In this document: in pieces, positions 52,138 through 61,701 of the stretch
Layout of the letters: each line of letters starts with the position of its first letter
How positions within the stretch are numbered: the stretch's first letter is position 1
Assembly (NCBI GenBank): GCA_051872035.1
Contig: JBJEDL010000083.1
Location: forward strand, 692-64,691
Direction of reading: 5' to 3'
From: Lepagella sp.
GTDB taxonomy: Bacteria; Bacteroidota; Bacteroidia; Bacteroidales; Muribaculaceae
DNA: 64,000 nucleotides
Made by a program: the position numbers and the translations under genes
Notes under the pieces: model-generated
What the model saw: only the letters and a program-made list of their open reading frames with translations
Databases searched by the model: none
What the model was told of the DNA's origin: nothing

Positions 52138-54609
52138 CTATCCGAAGATACCCTCCACCTCTTCACCTTGTTCCGGCTCTTCGTAGTTCTCATCGTAGTT
52201 CTCAAGCCCGTTGCAGAGGTTCAACCCCTCGGGGAAGATGAATTTTGTGCTCTGAGAGTAGGGAAGTTCAGGGTCGTTATATACTTTCTTCATATATAGG
52301 CCATAGACAGGCAACGCTGCTCGGGCACCCTGTCCGAATGCCATAGAGTTGAAGTGGATATATCGCTCTTCGCCACCGATCCAGATGCCGGTCACCAGTT
52401 CGGGGGTGAAGCCCATGAACCAGGTATCGGAGTTGGCATTGGTCGTACCGGTCTTGCCACCCATTTGCGCGGAAATGCCATAGCGGCTCCGGAGACTTGC
52501 ACCCGTACCATGATCGATTACATCGAAGAGTATCGACACGATCTTGTAGTAGGCATCTTCGGAGGTCACCTCCGTGCGGTGGGGCACTGCCGAGTAAATC
52601 AGGTTTCCCTGGTTGTCTTCGATACGGCTCACATATATCGGATTGACGCGGATACCCTTGTTGGCAAAGGTGGTGTATGCCGCCACCATGTCGCCGACCG
52701 ATACATCGACCGTGCCGAGACAGAGTGGCAACGTAGGCTCGATATAGCCCGAGAGTCCGAACATCCTCATCTTATTGGCAAGGTTGCCTGCCCCAAGTTC
52801 GTTGACAAGGCGTGCCGAAATCCAGTTGTTGGAGTGGGTGAGCGCCCAACGAAGATCCACCATATCGCCGATCCTTGCCCGGCTGGAGTTTCGCGGCGAC
52901 CAGCCGCCGAAGGTCGGCTGGGTGTTGGAGAACATTGAGCAGGGTGTCAAGTCTCCTTGCTCCATCGCCAAGGTGTAGAGGAAGGGCTTGGCTGTCGATC
53001 CAATCTGACGCTTGCCTCGCGACACCATGTCATACTGGAAGTGTATGAAGTCGGGTCCTCCGACGTAGGCTTTGACATAGCCCGTCACCGGATCCATGCT
53101 CATCATGCCACATCGCAAGATCGTCTTCATATACATCAGGGAGTCATAGGGGGTCATCGTGACACTCTTCGTGCCCGGCACGATCCGTGTTACGCTCTTG
53201 CCATTCTCGCTCTTCGTCTCTTTGACGTAGGCAAAGACATCCATCTCATGAGGCGTGTGGAAGGCACGGTCGATCTCACTCTCGCTGCATCCCGCCTCTT
53301 TCATCCTCCGATAGCGATCGGTCTGCTTGATCGCATTCTTGATGAGTCGCTGCACATTCGCATAACTCAATTCTGCCGAATTCGAGGTGTAGGGCCCCGT
53401 CTTCGAGTGGCGCTTCTCGCTCTCAAATGCCGGCTGAAGATAACCACCAAGATGCTCGTAGACTGCCTCTTCGGCGTAGGCCTGCATCCGCAAGTCGATC
53501 GTCGTATAGATGCGCAATCCATCGGTGTATAAGTTGTAGTAGCTCCCATCGGGCTTAGGATTCTTCAAGATCCATCCATACATCGGGTCTTCTTCCCATT
53601 TCAGGGAGTCGGTGTTGTAGTTGCCCAAGGCTATCTTATACGCTGTCTGACTCTCATAGTCCGAACGCTTGGGTCGAACCGGCTTCTTGGCTGTCATAAG
53701 TCGGCGGATCTCTTCTCGTAGATAGGGTGCTACCCCCTCTTTATGGTCGACTTTGTGATAGTCGAGCTTGAGTGGCAGTTCCTTAAGCGAGTCTACTTCG
53801 GCGGCAGTCAGATATCCCGCTTTCTCCATCTGGGTGAACACCACGTTGCGGCGCTGGCGTGTCCGCTCTTCATGGCGCAAGGGATTGTAGTAACTCGGAT
53901 TCTTCAACATACCCACCAGTGTGGCTGCCTCTTCTACGTTGAGATCGCGAGGCTCTTTGCCGAAATATACATTGGCTGCCGTCTTGATGCCTACTGCATT
54001 ATTCAGAAAGTCAAATCGATTGAGATACATATTGATGATCTCATCTTTGGTGTAGAAGCGCTCTAATTTTATGGCAATCATCCATTCGATAGGCTTCTGG
54101 ATGGCACGCTTCATCATGTTGGACGAGGGCTGAGAGTAGAGCTGCTTGGCAAGCTGCTGGGTGATGGTCGATGCGCCGCCCGCTGATTTGTCGCCCATAA
54201 TCACAGTCTTGACTACACTTCGTCCCAAGGCGCGGAAGTCGATGCCGGAGTGTTCCAAGAAACGCTCATCTTCCGTAGCTACCAGGGCATCGATCACATG
54301 CATCGAGATGCTGTTGTAGTCGGTATAAACTCGATTGCCAGCTCCATAATAGTAGCGTCCCAGCTCTGTCGTGCCGTCTGATGCATATACCAAGGAGGCC
54401 AACTTGTCGTGAGGATCTTCAAGCTCTTCGATCGGAGGCATGTAGCCGATGACTCCATTATAGATCAATGTCAAAAAGAGAGCTATCGTAAAACCAATAC
54501 TCAAGAAAATAATCCACAACCATTTCACGATGATGCGGTTGCGGCGATATCGCTTGGAGGGTCGCTTGGTCGGCTCTTCGAAGTTGTATATGTCTTTTTG
54601 CTTATCCAT
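52138..54609 (-). CDS. mrcA: penicillin-binding protein 1A (bifunctional transglycosylase/transpeptidase)
   Basis: N-terminal TM segment. GT51 motifs (EDERFLEHSGID, GASTITQQLAK). Transpeptidase motifs STAKP (SxxK), SNN and KTGTT. Confidence 0.9.
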   Translation of the reverse strand: MDKQKDIYNFEEPTKRPSKRYRRNRIIVKWLWIIFLSIGFTIALFLTLIYNGVIGYMPPIEELEDPHDKLASLVYASDGTTELGRYYYGAGNRVYTDYNSISMHVIDALVATEDERFLEHSGIDFRALGRSVVKTVIMGDKSAGGASTITQQLAKQLYSQPSSNMMKRAIQKPIEWMIAIKLERFYTKDEIINMYLNRFDFLNNAVGIKTAANVYFGKEPRDLNVEEAATLVGMLKNPSYYNPLRHEERTRQRRNVVFTQMEKAGYLTAAEVDSLKELPLKLDYHKVDHKEGVAPYLREEIRRLMTAKKPVRPKRSDYESQTAYKIALGNYNTDSLKWEEDPMYGWILKNPKPDGSYYNLYTDGLRIYTTIDLRMQAYAEEAVYEHLGGYLQPAFESEKRHSKTGPYTSNSAELSYANVQRLIKNAIKQTDRYRRMKEAGCSESEIDRAFHTPHEMDVFAYVKETKSENGKSVTRIVPGTKSVTMTPYDSLMYMKTILRCGMMSMDPVTGYVKAYVGGPDFIHFQYDMVSRGKRQIGSTAKPFLYTLAMEQGDLTPCSMFSNTQPTFGGWSPRNSSRARIGDMVDLRWALTHSNNWISARLVNELGAGNLANKMRMFGLSGYIEPTLPLCLGTVDVSVGDMVAAYTTFANKGIRVNPIYVSRIEDNQGNLIYSAVPHRTEVTSEDAYYKIVSILFDVIDHGTGASLRSRYGISAQMGGKTGTTNANSDTWFMGFTPELVTGIWIGGEERYIHFNSMAFGQGARAALPVYGLYMKKVYNDPELPYSQSTKFIFPEGLNLCNGLENYDENYEEPEQGEEVEGIFG

Positions 54610-54702
54610 TTTGTTCGTTTTGTAGTTCGCGATAAGGTGTGTCCCGAGTGCCGAATGCAGTTATTTCCACAGCATGCCGTAGGCACACACCATAGCATTC
54701 TG

Positions 54703-54710
54703 CAAATTTA
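54703..54710 (-). promoter_or_regulatory. -7 promoter box (TAAATTTG) for the PBP1A operon
   Basis: Matches TAnnTTTG, 93 nt upstream of the ATG at 54609. Confidence 0.45.
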
Positions 54711-54792
54711 ACTATTATTTTTTGAAAAATCAGTGTCGGAACTCTTAAATTTTGTTAGCAACACTCCGAAGATGGATTATTATCTCGCTTTG

Positions 54793-54806
54793 ATATATAT
54801 ATATAT
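54793..54806. repeat. (AT)7 dinucleotide microsatellite
   Basis: ATATATATATATAT read directly from the sequence. Confidence 0.95.
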
Positions 54807-54816
54807 GACTTTGTTT

Positions 54817-54862
54817 ATAGTTAATCTTGATATATAAAAATAGTTAATCTTGATATATAAAA
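54817..54862. repeat. perfect tandem 23-nt repeat (ATAGTTAATCTTGATATATAAAA x2)
   Basis: Units 54817-54839 and 54840-54862 are identical. A partial third TTGATATATA lies at 54790-54799. Confidence 0.9.
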
Positions 54863-54900
54863 TATGGGCTGTGACAATTTTTTCATTGTCGCAGCCCATA
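54855..54900 (-). terminator. terminator after the phospho-sugar mutase gene
   Basis: 15-bp hairpin TATGGGCTGTGACAA / TTGTCGCAGCCCATA (one G-T wobble, 8-nt loop). On the minus strand it is followed by a U-rich ATTTTAT. Confidence 0.7.
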
Positions 54901-54933
54901 TATGATCTATCCTGAGTTACAGGATTTTTTTGC

Positions 54934-56685
54934 TTATTTCACACCGAGGTCGGCGAGAAGCTGATCGATGTGTTTCTCTGCTTTAACCACAGTCTCTTCA
55001 TACCGGTCGCGTGAGGGCATATCTTCTCTCACTTCGACATAGAATTTGATCTTTGGTTCTGTGCCCGAAGGACGTACCGAAACCTTGTCGCCCGCTTCAG
55101 TGAAGAATTGAAGCACGTTCGAGGTAGTGGGGAAGTCCATCTTCTCTGTCTCGCCGCTCTTCAAGTCGCGACAAGTCAAGTCGGAGTAGTCTTTGATCTT
55201 CACTACAGGGCTTCCTGCCAATTCTTTGGGAGGATTCTCTCTGAAGTTCTTCATCATAGCCACGATCTCTTCTGCGCCACTCTTGCCGGGACGCACCACG
55301 CTGACACCCTTCTCGCGCGAGAAACCATATTTCTCATAGATGTCTACCAGCACGTCGTAGAGGGTCTTGACCTGATCTGCTGCCCATGCTGCACATTCTG
55401 CCAAGAGGGAGTTGGTCGATACGGAGTCTTTGTCGCGTACGAAGGTCTGCGGCAAGAAGCCGTAGCTCTCTTCGCCACCACCGATATAACGCTTCTTGCC
55501 CTCAAGGTTACGGATCACGTCGGCGATCCATTTGAAACCGGTGAAGCAGTCGTAACATTCCACACAATTGGCATCGGCGATGCGCTTGATCGATTCGGTG
55601 GTTACGATCGTCTTTACGATATATTCGTTGCCCTTCAGAAGTCCGCTCTCTGCATTCTTGGTAATCAGATAGTAGATCATCAGCATGTTGATCTGGTTAC
55701 CATTGACCAGCTGATAGTTGCCCGATCCATCTCTTACCACCACACCGATACGGTCGGCATCAGGGTCGGAGGCCAATACCAGGCTGGCGCCGGTCTCTTT
55801 TGCCTTGGCGATACCCATGGTCATCGCTTCGGCATTCTCCGGATTGGGTGATACGACTGTCGGGAAGTCTCCGCTCTGGATGTCCTGCTCCGGAACGTGG
55901 ATCACATTGTCAAAACCCCATTTGCGTAGCGAGTCGAACACAAGTCGCAGTCCTGTGCCATGGATCGGGGTGTAGACGATCTTCATGTCGTGATGACGCT
56001 TGCAGGCCTCCGGATCAAGACTCAGACCATGGATCTCTTCCAAGTACATATCGTCGACATCTTTACCTACCACCTGTATCAACGCCGGATCAGCATCGAA
56101 ACGTACCTGATCGACCGAAGTGATAGCGCTCACATATTCGATGGTCTTTACGTCGTGGGGTGAGATCATCTGTGCTCCGTCGCTCCAATATGCCTTGTAG
56201 CCGTTATATTCCTTGGGATTGTGGCTCGCTGTGATCATCACACCACTCTGACAACCCAATTTGCGGATCGCGTATGATACCTCTGGTGTCGGGCAGGGAC
56301 CATCGAAGAGATACACCTTGATGCCATTGGCGGCAAATACGTTGGCTGTCAATTCGGCAAATTTGCGCGAGTTGTTGCGAACATCATGCCCTACTGCCAC
56401 CGAGATCTGTTCCAGATCTTTGAAGGTGTCTTTCAGGTAGTTGGCAAGTCCCTGGGTAGCTGCTCCTACTGTGTAGATGTTCATACGGTTGGTGCCGGCT
56501 CCCATGATGCCGCGCAAACCGCCTGTGCCGAACTCCAAGTCTTTGTAGAAGGCCTCGATCAGTGGGGTCTTGTCTTCCGATTCAAGAAGTTTCTTTACTT
56601 CGTCGCGTGTCTCTTGGTCGTACTGTTCGCCCAACCACTTCTCTGCACGCGCCGTTACTGTTCTCAATAATTCGTCGTTGCTCAT
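54934..56685 (-). CDS. phospho-sugar mutase (phosphoglucomutase/phosphomannomutase family, PgcA-like)
   Basis: 583 aa. Active-site TASHNPKEYNGYK, metal-binding DPDADR and the GEESYG sugar-binding loop. Confidence 0.9.
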   Translation of the reverse strand: MSNDELLRTVTARAEKWLGEQYDQETRDEVKKLLESEDKTPLIEAFYKDLEFGTGGLRGIMGAGTNRMNIYTVGAATQGLANYLKDTFKDLEQISVAVGHDVRNNSRKFAELTANVFAANGIKVYLFDGPCPTPEVSYAIRKLGCQSGVMITASHNPKEYNGYKAYWSDGAQMISPHDVKTIEYVSAITSVDQVRFDADPALIQVVGKDVDDMYLEEIHGLSLDPEACKRHHDMKIVYTPIHGTGLRLVFDSLRKWGFDNVIHVPEQDIQSGDFPTVVSPNPENAEAMTMGIAKAKETGASLVLASDPDADRIGVVVRDGSGNYQLVNGNQINMLMIYYLITKNAESGLLKGNEYIVKTIVTTESIKRIADANCVECYDCFTGFKWIADVIRNLEGKKRYIGGGEESYGFLPQTFVRDKDSVSTNSLLAECAAWAADQVKTLYDVLVDIYEKYGFSREKGVSVVRPGKSGAEEIVAMMKNFRENPPKELAGSPVVKIKDYSDLTCRDLKSGETEKMDFPTTSNVLQFFTEAGDKVSVRPSGTEPKIKFYVEVREDMPSRDRYEETVVKAEKHIDQLLADLGVK

Positions 56686-56770
56686 TTTCTATTTCTTAAA
56701 ATTTTTGAGTTTTCATCTTTTTACCTTAATTATATGAAGGCCATTTTTACCTCACATACACTATATTTTG

Positions 56771-56778
56771 CAAATATA
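56771..56778 (-). promoter_or_regulatory. -7 promoter box (TATATTTG) for the mutase gene
   Basis: Matches TAnnTTTG, 85 nt upstream of the ATG at 56685. Confidence 0.45.
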
Positions 56779-56825
56779 ATATTTTTTGAATTACTTTTTA
56801 TTAACTTACCATTTATTTTTTTTAT

Positions 56826-56833
56826 TAATTTTG
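56826..56833 (+). promoter_or_regulatory. -7 promoter box (TAATTTTG) for the flavin reductase gene
   Basis: Matches TAnnTTTG, 31 nt upstream of the ATG at 56865. Confidence 0.5.
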
Positions 56834-56864
56834 CAGTTGTATCGTTTTTAAATCAATTTTATCC

Positions 56865-57437
56865 ATGAGTAAACAATCTTGGCGCCCCGGCACGATGATA
56901 TATCCGCTCCCTGCTGTTATTGTCACTGTAGGCGCTTCCCCCGAGGAGTGGAATCCTCTCACCATAGCCTGGACCGGCACCATCTGCAGCGACCCTGCCA
57001 TGTGTTTTATCTCGGTCCGCAAGGAGAGACATTCTTTCCCTATCTTGATGAAGAATATGGAGTTTACCATCAATCTGACCACTGCCGATATGGCTCGCGC
57101 CACCGACTGGGTCGGAGTCCGCTCAGGTCGAGATTACGATAAGTGGAAGGAGTCGGGACTTACTCCAATTCCCGGCGAAAAGGTCGCTTCTCCCACCATC
57201 GAGGAGTCTCCCCTCTCCATCGAGTGCCGTGTAAAGTCGGTAACCGATCTCGGCTCTCACCACATGTTTATCGCCGATGTTGTGAATGTGAGAGCTGATT
57301 CCCGATGGGTCGACCCCGAGTCGGGTAGATTCGAACTCGAAAAGTCGGGTCTCATGACTTACTGCCATGGTCATTATTACCACCTCGGCGAGATGATCGG
57401 CAAGTTCGGATTTTCTGTCAAAAAGGTGAAGGAGTAA
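56865..57437 (+). CDS. flavin reductase family protein
   Basis: 190 aa. FMN-binding split-barrel pattern (…PLPAVIVTVG…NPLTIAWTG…). Confidence 0.8.
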   Translation: MSKQSWRPGTMIYPLPAVIVTVGASPEEWNPLTIAWTGTICSDPAMCFISVRKERHSFPILMKNMEFTINLTTADMARATDWVGVRSGRDYDKWKESGLTPIPGEKVASPTIEESPLSIECRVKSVTDLGSHHMFIADVVNVRADSRWVDPESGRFELEKSGLMTYCHGHYYHLGEMIGKFGFSVKKVKE

Positions 57438-57525
57438 CCCCCTCTTCCCCTTCCGATCTGATCTCTCAGAAATATTTTTCCGCTCGATTATTTCCTCCTT
57501 CTTTGGAAGTCTAAAGATTAATTTG

Positions 57526-57533
57526 TAAATTTG
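57526..57533 (+). promoter_or_regulatory. -7 promoter box (TAAATTTG) for the yicC-gmk-nadD operon
   Basis: Matches TAnnTTTG, 31 nt upstream of the ATG at 57565. Confidence 0.5.
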
Positions 57534-57564
57534 TGACTATTCTTTATTATTATATTTTGTTCAA

Positions 57565-58455
57565 ATGATTCTATCTATGACCGGCTTCGGCCGGGGTTCT
57601 GCAATATCCTCCTCCAAACGGTTTACCGTCGATCTAAAGTCGCTTAACTCGAAGCAGTTAGATCTATCTATGCGTGTTCCTCTTTCGTTCAAGGAGTTGG
57701 AACTCGATGCTCGAAGCATCATCGCCGAGTCGCTCGAACGCGGCAAGGTCGACCTCAATACGATAGTCGAACAGATCGTCGAGTCTTCGCATGTACAGAT
57801 TAATGCCGAGGTGCTCGCTTCGTATAAGAGCCAAATTGAGGCTGCCGCTCAACGACTCGAGATCCCTTATCCTGCCGATTGGTATCAGGTGCTGATGAGA
57901 CTCCCCGATGTGCTCAAAACAGAAGTCCCTTCTCTCGACCCCGAGGATAAGGAGGCTTTCCTCCAAGCCCTTAGAGCTGCCGTCGATGCCCTCGTGGAGT
58001 TCCGTATCGCTGAAGGTAAGAAGTTGCATGCCTTCTTCTTGTCCAAGATTCAAAATATCGGTGACCTCCTCGAGCAGGTGACACCCTTCGAGTCGCAACG
58101 TGTCGCCAAGATTCGCGCTCGTCTCGAGGAGCAGCTCGCTCGTCTCACTTCCATCGATTATGACCGCGGCAGATTGGAGCAGGAGCTCATCTTCTATATT
58201 GAAAAACTCGATGTCACTGAGGAGAAGATCCGCCTCCGCTCTCACCTGAATTATTTCCTTGAAACTCTCGGCGCTGTCGATGATGACCGCCCTCAACAGG
58301 GTCAAGGCAAAAAACTCGGATTTATCGCCCAGGAAATGGGCCGCGAGATCAATACACTCGGCTCTAAGTCTAATGATGCCGATATGCAAAAGATCGTCGT
58401 TAAGATGAAAGATGAACTCGAGCAAATCAAGGAACAAGTGTTAAACGTTTTGTAA
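57565..58455 (+). CDS. yicC: YicC/YloC-family endoribonuclease
   Basis: N-terminus MILSMTGFGRG and C-terminal DUF1732-like EMGREINTLGSKSND motif. 296 aa. Confidence 0.88.
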   Translation: MILSMTGFGRGSAISSSKRFTVDLKSLNSKQLDLSMRVPLSFKELELDARSIIAESLERGKVDLNTIVEQIVESSHVQINAEVLASYKSQIEAAAQRLEIPYPADWYQVLMRLPDVLKTEVPSLDPEDKEAFLQALRAAVDALVEFRIAEGKKLHAFFLSKIQNIGDLLEQVTPFESQRVAKIRARLEEQLARLTSIDYDRGRLEQELIFYIEKLDVTEEKIRLRSHLNYFLETLGAVDDDRPQQGQGKKLGFIAQEMGREINTLGSKSNDADMQKIVVKMKDELEQIKEQVLNVL

Positions 58456-58468
58456 TTCAACCTTAGTT

Positions 58469-59038
58469 ATGTCTAAAAAAGCTGTTATTGTACTCTCCGG
58501 ACCCTCCGGCACCGGCAAGTCTACCATCATACACCGTCTTATGGAGATGCCCGAGTTGAATCTCGCTTTTTCCATCTCGGCTACAAGCCGCCCCCCTCGC
58601 GGCGAGGAGCAGAATGGCCGTGAATACCATTTCCTCTCCCCGGAGGAGTTTGACCGCCGCATAGCTGAAGGTGATTTCGTAGAGTGGGAGGAGGTCTATT
58701 CCGGTACGAAGTATGGCACGCTCCGCAGCGAGGTGGATAAAATGCTCGCAGCCGGACATAATGTTATCATGGATGTCGATGTCAAGGGGGCTTTCAATGT
58801 CAAGAATGCATACGGTGATGATTGCCTGATCATGTTTATCCTTCCACCCGATATGGAGACCCTCGAGCAGCGCCTGCGTGCCCGCAACACTGACTCGGAG
58901 GAGTCGCTCCGAAAACGCATCGAAAGAGCTCGCTATGAGATCGATTTAGCTCCCGATTTCGACCGCCAAGTCGTCAACGTAGATTTGGATGCCGCTGTCG
59001 CCAAGGTGGCGGCTATTATCCGCGATTTCCTCGTCTGA
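58469..59038 (+). CDS. gmk: guanylate kinase
   Basis: P-loop GPSGTGKST, TSRPPRGEE and YHF motifs. 189 aa. Confidence 0.93.
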   Translation: MSKKAVIVLSGPSGTGKSTIIHRLMEMPELNLAFSISATSRPPRGEEQNGREYHFLSPEEFDRRIAEGDFVEWEEVYSGTKYGTLRSEVDKMLAAGHNVIMDVDVKGAFNVKNAYGDDCLIMFILPPDMETLEQRLRARNTDSEESLRKRIERARYEIDLAPDFDRQVVNVDLDAAVAKVAAIIRDFLV

Positions 59039-59082
59039 CTAATTTCCCCGGATTTTCTCCCGATTAGCACCTCATTGTCGAT

Positions 59083-59655
59083 ATGAAGATAGGCATCTTT
59101 TCCGGTAGTTTCGACCCGATACATATCGGTCACGCCATAATGGTGAGTTATCTGTCGCAGTTTTGCGACATCGATGCTCTTTGGCTTATGCCGAGTCCTA
59201 TCAATCCTCTCAAGGTCGATTCGACTCGCACCCCGGCGGAGCATCGCCTCGCTATGTGCCGTATCCTCGCCGATAAGTGCCCTGCCGTGGTGGTCTCCGA
59301 TTTCGAGTTCTCTCTCCCTCGTCCCTCTTATACCTATCAGACACTCCGCGAACTGAAACGCTCCTTCCCCGAACATGAGTTCCATCTCATCATCGGATCA
59401 GACAATTGGCTCTTGTTCCGGCTTTGGCGCAATCATGAGAAGATCGTCGCCGAGTTCCCTATCATCATATATCCTCGTCCCGGATTTGATGTGTCTCTCC
59501 CTCTCCCTCCCGGAGTTTCGCTCCTCGAGCAGGCTCCACTCTCTGTTATGTCATCGACTTTCGTCAGGTCGGTCTTCTCTCAAGGGAAGTCTCCCCGATA
59601 TTTCGTCGATGATGATGTGATAGATTATATCAATGCCAACCATCTATATGACTGA
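59083..59655 (+). CDS. nadD: nicotinate-nucleotide adenylyltransferase
   Basis: GIFSGSFDPIHIGH (HxGH nucleotidyltransferase motif). 190 aa. Confidence 0.9.
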   Translation: MKIGIFSGSFDPIHIGHAIMVSYLSQFCDIDALWLMPSPINPLKVDSTRTPAEHRLAMCRILADKCPAVVVSDFEFSLPRPSYTYQTLRELKRSFPEHEFHLIIGSDNWLLFRLWRNHEKIVAEFPIIIYPRPGFDVSLPLPPGVSLLEQAPLSVMSSTFVRSVFSQGKSPRYFVDDDVIDYINANHLYD

Positions 59656-60169
59656 TTCAGACCTCCATTCTCAACTGATCAATATCACCGCTCTCTCCAC
59701 CGATTATTGCGCTTCTCTCGAAAATGCCACGGAGTTCGAGCGCCTCGATTTTATCACCAATATTCTGGGGCTGTTGCCCCGTATTTATTGGAATTTTTCC
59801 GATGTCGTGGTGGAAAATGTTTCTCTCTCTCCCGACGATGATTTCGATTTCCTCCCCTCTTATATCGATGAGGATATGTATGAGACGGTGCGACGCGGTG
59901 TCGCCGCTCTCCTTGGTGATGACGATGTCTATCTCGAGACTTTCGAGGAGGATATGAAGTATAGCGACATCCCTATCGCCGCTTCTATCTCGGAGGGCCT
60001 CGCCGATATCTATCAGCATCTCTATGATTTTGTGGCTATCGTCCGCGAAAGCAACGGCGAGCAGTTGCAGGATGCCTACCGTGAGTGCCATGACAGCTTC
60101 GTCGATAATTGGTCACAAACTCTCTGCAATGTGATGCGTGCTCTCAATCATCTGAGATATAATCTCTGA
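59648..60169 (+). CDS. conserved hypothetical protein (possibly DUF5063)
   Basis: Acidic protein of about 173 aa. Its ATG overlaps the nadD stop (ATGACTGA), which suggests translational coupling. The family name is recalled from memory only. Confidence 0.55.
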   Translation: MTDSDLHSQLINITALSTDYCASLENATEFERLDFITNILGLLPRIYWNFSDVVVENVSLSPDDDFDFLPSYIDEDMYETVRRGVAALLGDDDVYLETFEEDMKYSDIPIAASISEGLADIYQHLYDFVAIVRESNGEQLQDAYRECHDSFVDNWSQTLCNVMRALNHLRYNL

Positions 60170-60236
60170 AGTCGCTATCCCCTCTTTTTTGATAATTAAA
60201 AATACCAAATATTTACTCTTTCTTCATTTTTTTACT

Positions 60237-61613
60237 ATGGATCAATCTCTTATCAATCTCCGAGACAGCGAGGCTAATCAAGCCGCTTTCTTGGTGTCGA
60301 TGCTTAATAGTTCGTCGTGCAATTTCTACGCTGTCGATTCGACACGCCGTGTGCTCGATGCAGCCGGTTTTCAATGCCTCGCCCAGGCCGATGAGTGGAC
60401 TCTCGTGCCGGGCGGCAAGTATTATGTCGTGAAGAATGATACGGCTATCTTCGCTTTCATCGTCGGTAATGACCCGGTGGAGGCTGAGGGTTTCCGCATC
60501 ATCTCGGCGCATACCGACAGCCCCTGCTTCAAACTCAAACCGAATTGTGAGATTTATGGCGATGGGGGAGTGGTGTCGCTCAATGTCGAGAAGTATGGCG
60601 GCGGTATCCTCTATACTTGGTTCGATCGTCCTCTCGCCATCTCAGGCCGCGTGCTGACTCGCGGTGTCTCCCCTCTCACTCCTCGTCAACACCTCGTCGA
60701 TTCTCACCGCCCGGTGGCTACCATACCTCATCTCGCCATCCATTTTAATCGCGGGGTGAACAATGGCAACCCCCTCTCGGTGCAGAAGGATATGAAACCT
60801 GTGCTCGGGTGCTTCTCTCAGCAACAGATCGAGGAGGCTAAGAAGTCCGGAGGTTTCATCCCCGCGCTCCTTGTAGAGCTCATCAATCAGAATCTCCGCG
60901 ATTGTTCTTCGCCGATCACGGTCTCTGCCGAGGATATCCTCGATTATGAACTTTGTCTTTATCCCGCCGAACCGGCTGCTGTAGTCGGCTTGAATCCCGA
61001 CCTGCTACAGTCTCACCGTATCGACGACCTCTCGATGGCTTTCTCCGGTCTCGCCGCACTCCTGCTCGAGGCTGACCATCCCGCTGCCGCCACCCGAGTC
61101 TTGGCGCTCTTCGATAATGAGGAAACAGGCTCCGGTACAAAGCAGGGTGCCGCTTCGCCCGTGTTGAGACATATCATGGAACGTATTTGCCTCTCCCTTT
61201 CCGACGATAAGCAGGCGCTCTACCGTGCCCTCGCTCGATCGTTTATGATCTCTGCCGACGACGCTCATGCTTGGCATCCCAATTATAATGAGAAGTATGA
61301 CCCCACCAATCATCCCGTCATCGGAGGCGGTCCCGTTGTAAAGATCAATGCCAACTGCAAGTATATGACCGACGGCAGAAGTGCTGCCGTGTTCCATGCT
61401 CTCTGCGATGAGGCGGGTGTCAATATGCAATATTTCGTCAATCATGCCGATGTGGCAGGGGGTAGCACACTCGGTAATATCTCCTCTTCACAGTTCGATA
61501 TACCCGGCGTTGACGTGGGTTGCGCCATCTGGGCGATGCACTCCGCACGCGAGACTGCTTCCCTCTCCGATCATATCGATATGATAAAAGTTTTCCGCCA
61601 ATTATTGAAATAA
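60237..61613 (+). CDS. M18-family aminopeptidase
   Basis: Motifs AHTDSPCFKLKP, FDNEETGS, DDAHAWHPNY and GGSTLG. ATG at 60237 (MDQSLINL) is preferred over 60189. Confidence 0.88.
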   Translation: MDQSLINLRDSEANQAAFLVSMLNSSSCNFYAVDSTRRVLDAAGFQCLAQADEWTLVPGGKYYVVKNDTAIFAFIVGNDPVEAEGFRIISAHTDSPCFKLKPNCEIYGDGGVVSLNVEKYGGGILYTWFDRPLAISGRVLTRGVSPLTPRQHLVDSHRPVATIPHLAIHFNRGVNNGNPLSVQKDMKPVLGCFSQQQIEEAKKSGGFIPALLVELINQNLRDCSSPITVSAEDILDYELCLYPAEPAAVVGLNPDLLQSHRIDDLSMAFSGLAALLLEADHPAAATRVLALFDNEETGSGTKQGAASPVLRHIMERICLSLSDDKQALYRALARSFMISADDAHAWHPNYNEKYDPTNHPVIGGGPVVKINANCKYMTDGRSAAVFHALCDEAGVNMQYFVNHADVAGGSTLGNISSSQFDIPGVDVGCAIWAMHSARETASLSDHIDMIKVFRQLLK

Positions 61614-61626
61614 ATATATTTTTTTG

Positions 61627-61634
61627 TAACTTTG
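61627..61634 (+). promoter_or_regulatory. -7 promoter box (TAACTTTG) for tig
   Basis: Matches TAnnTTTG, 67 nt upstream of the ATG at 61702. Confidence 0.45.
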
Positions 61635-61701
61635 CACTTCGTTTGCAGTAAGTTGCAAATTTTAATGTGATTTAATTAAATATCTATCATATCTATTTCA
61701 A

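Noticed and set aside
51480-52241. 253-aa plus-strand ORF spanning the 50799..52046 gene and the intergenic region (also 55108..55851, 57664..58437 and 61882..62904)
   Set aside because: These are shadow ORFs opposite confidently assigned or better-supported genes (mutase, yicC, tig).
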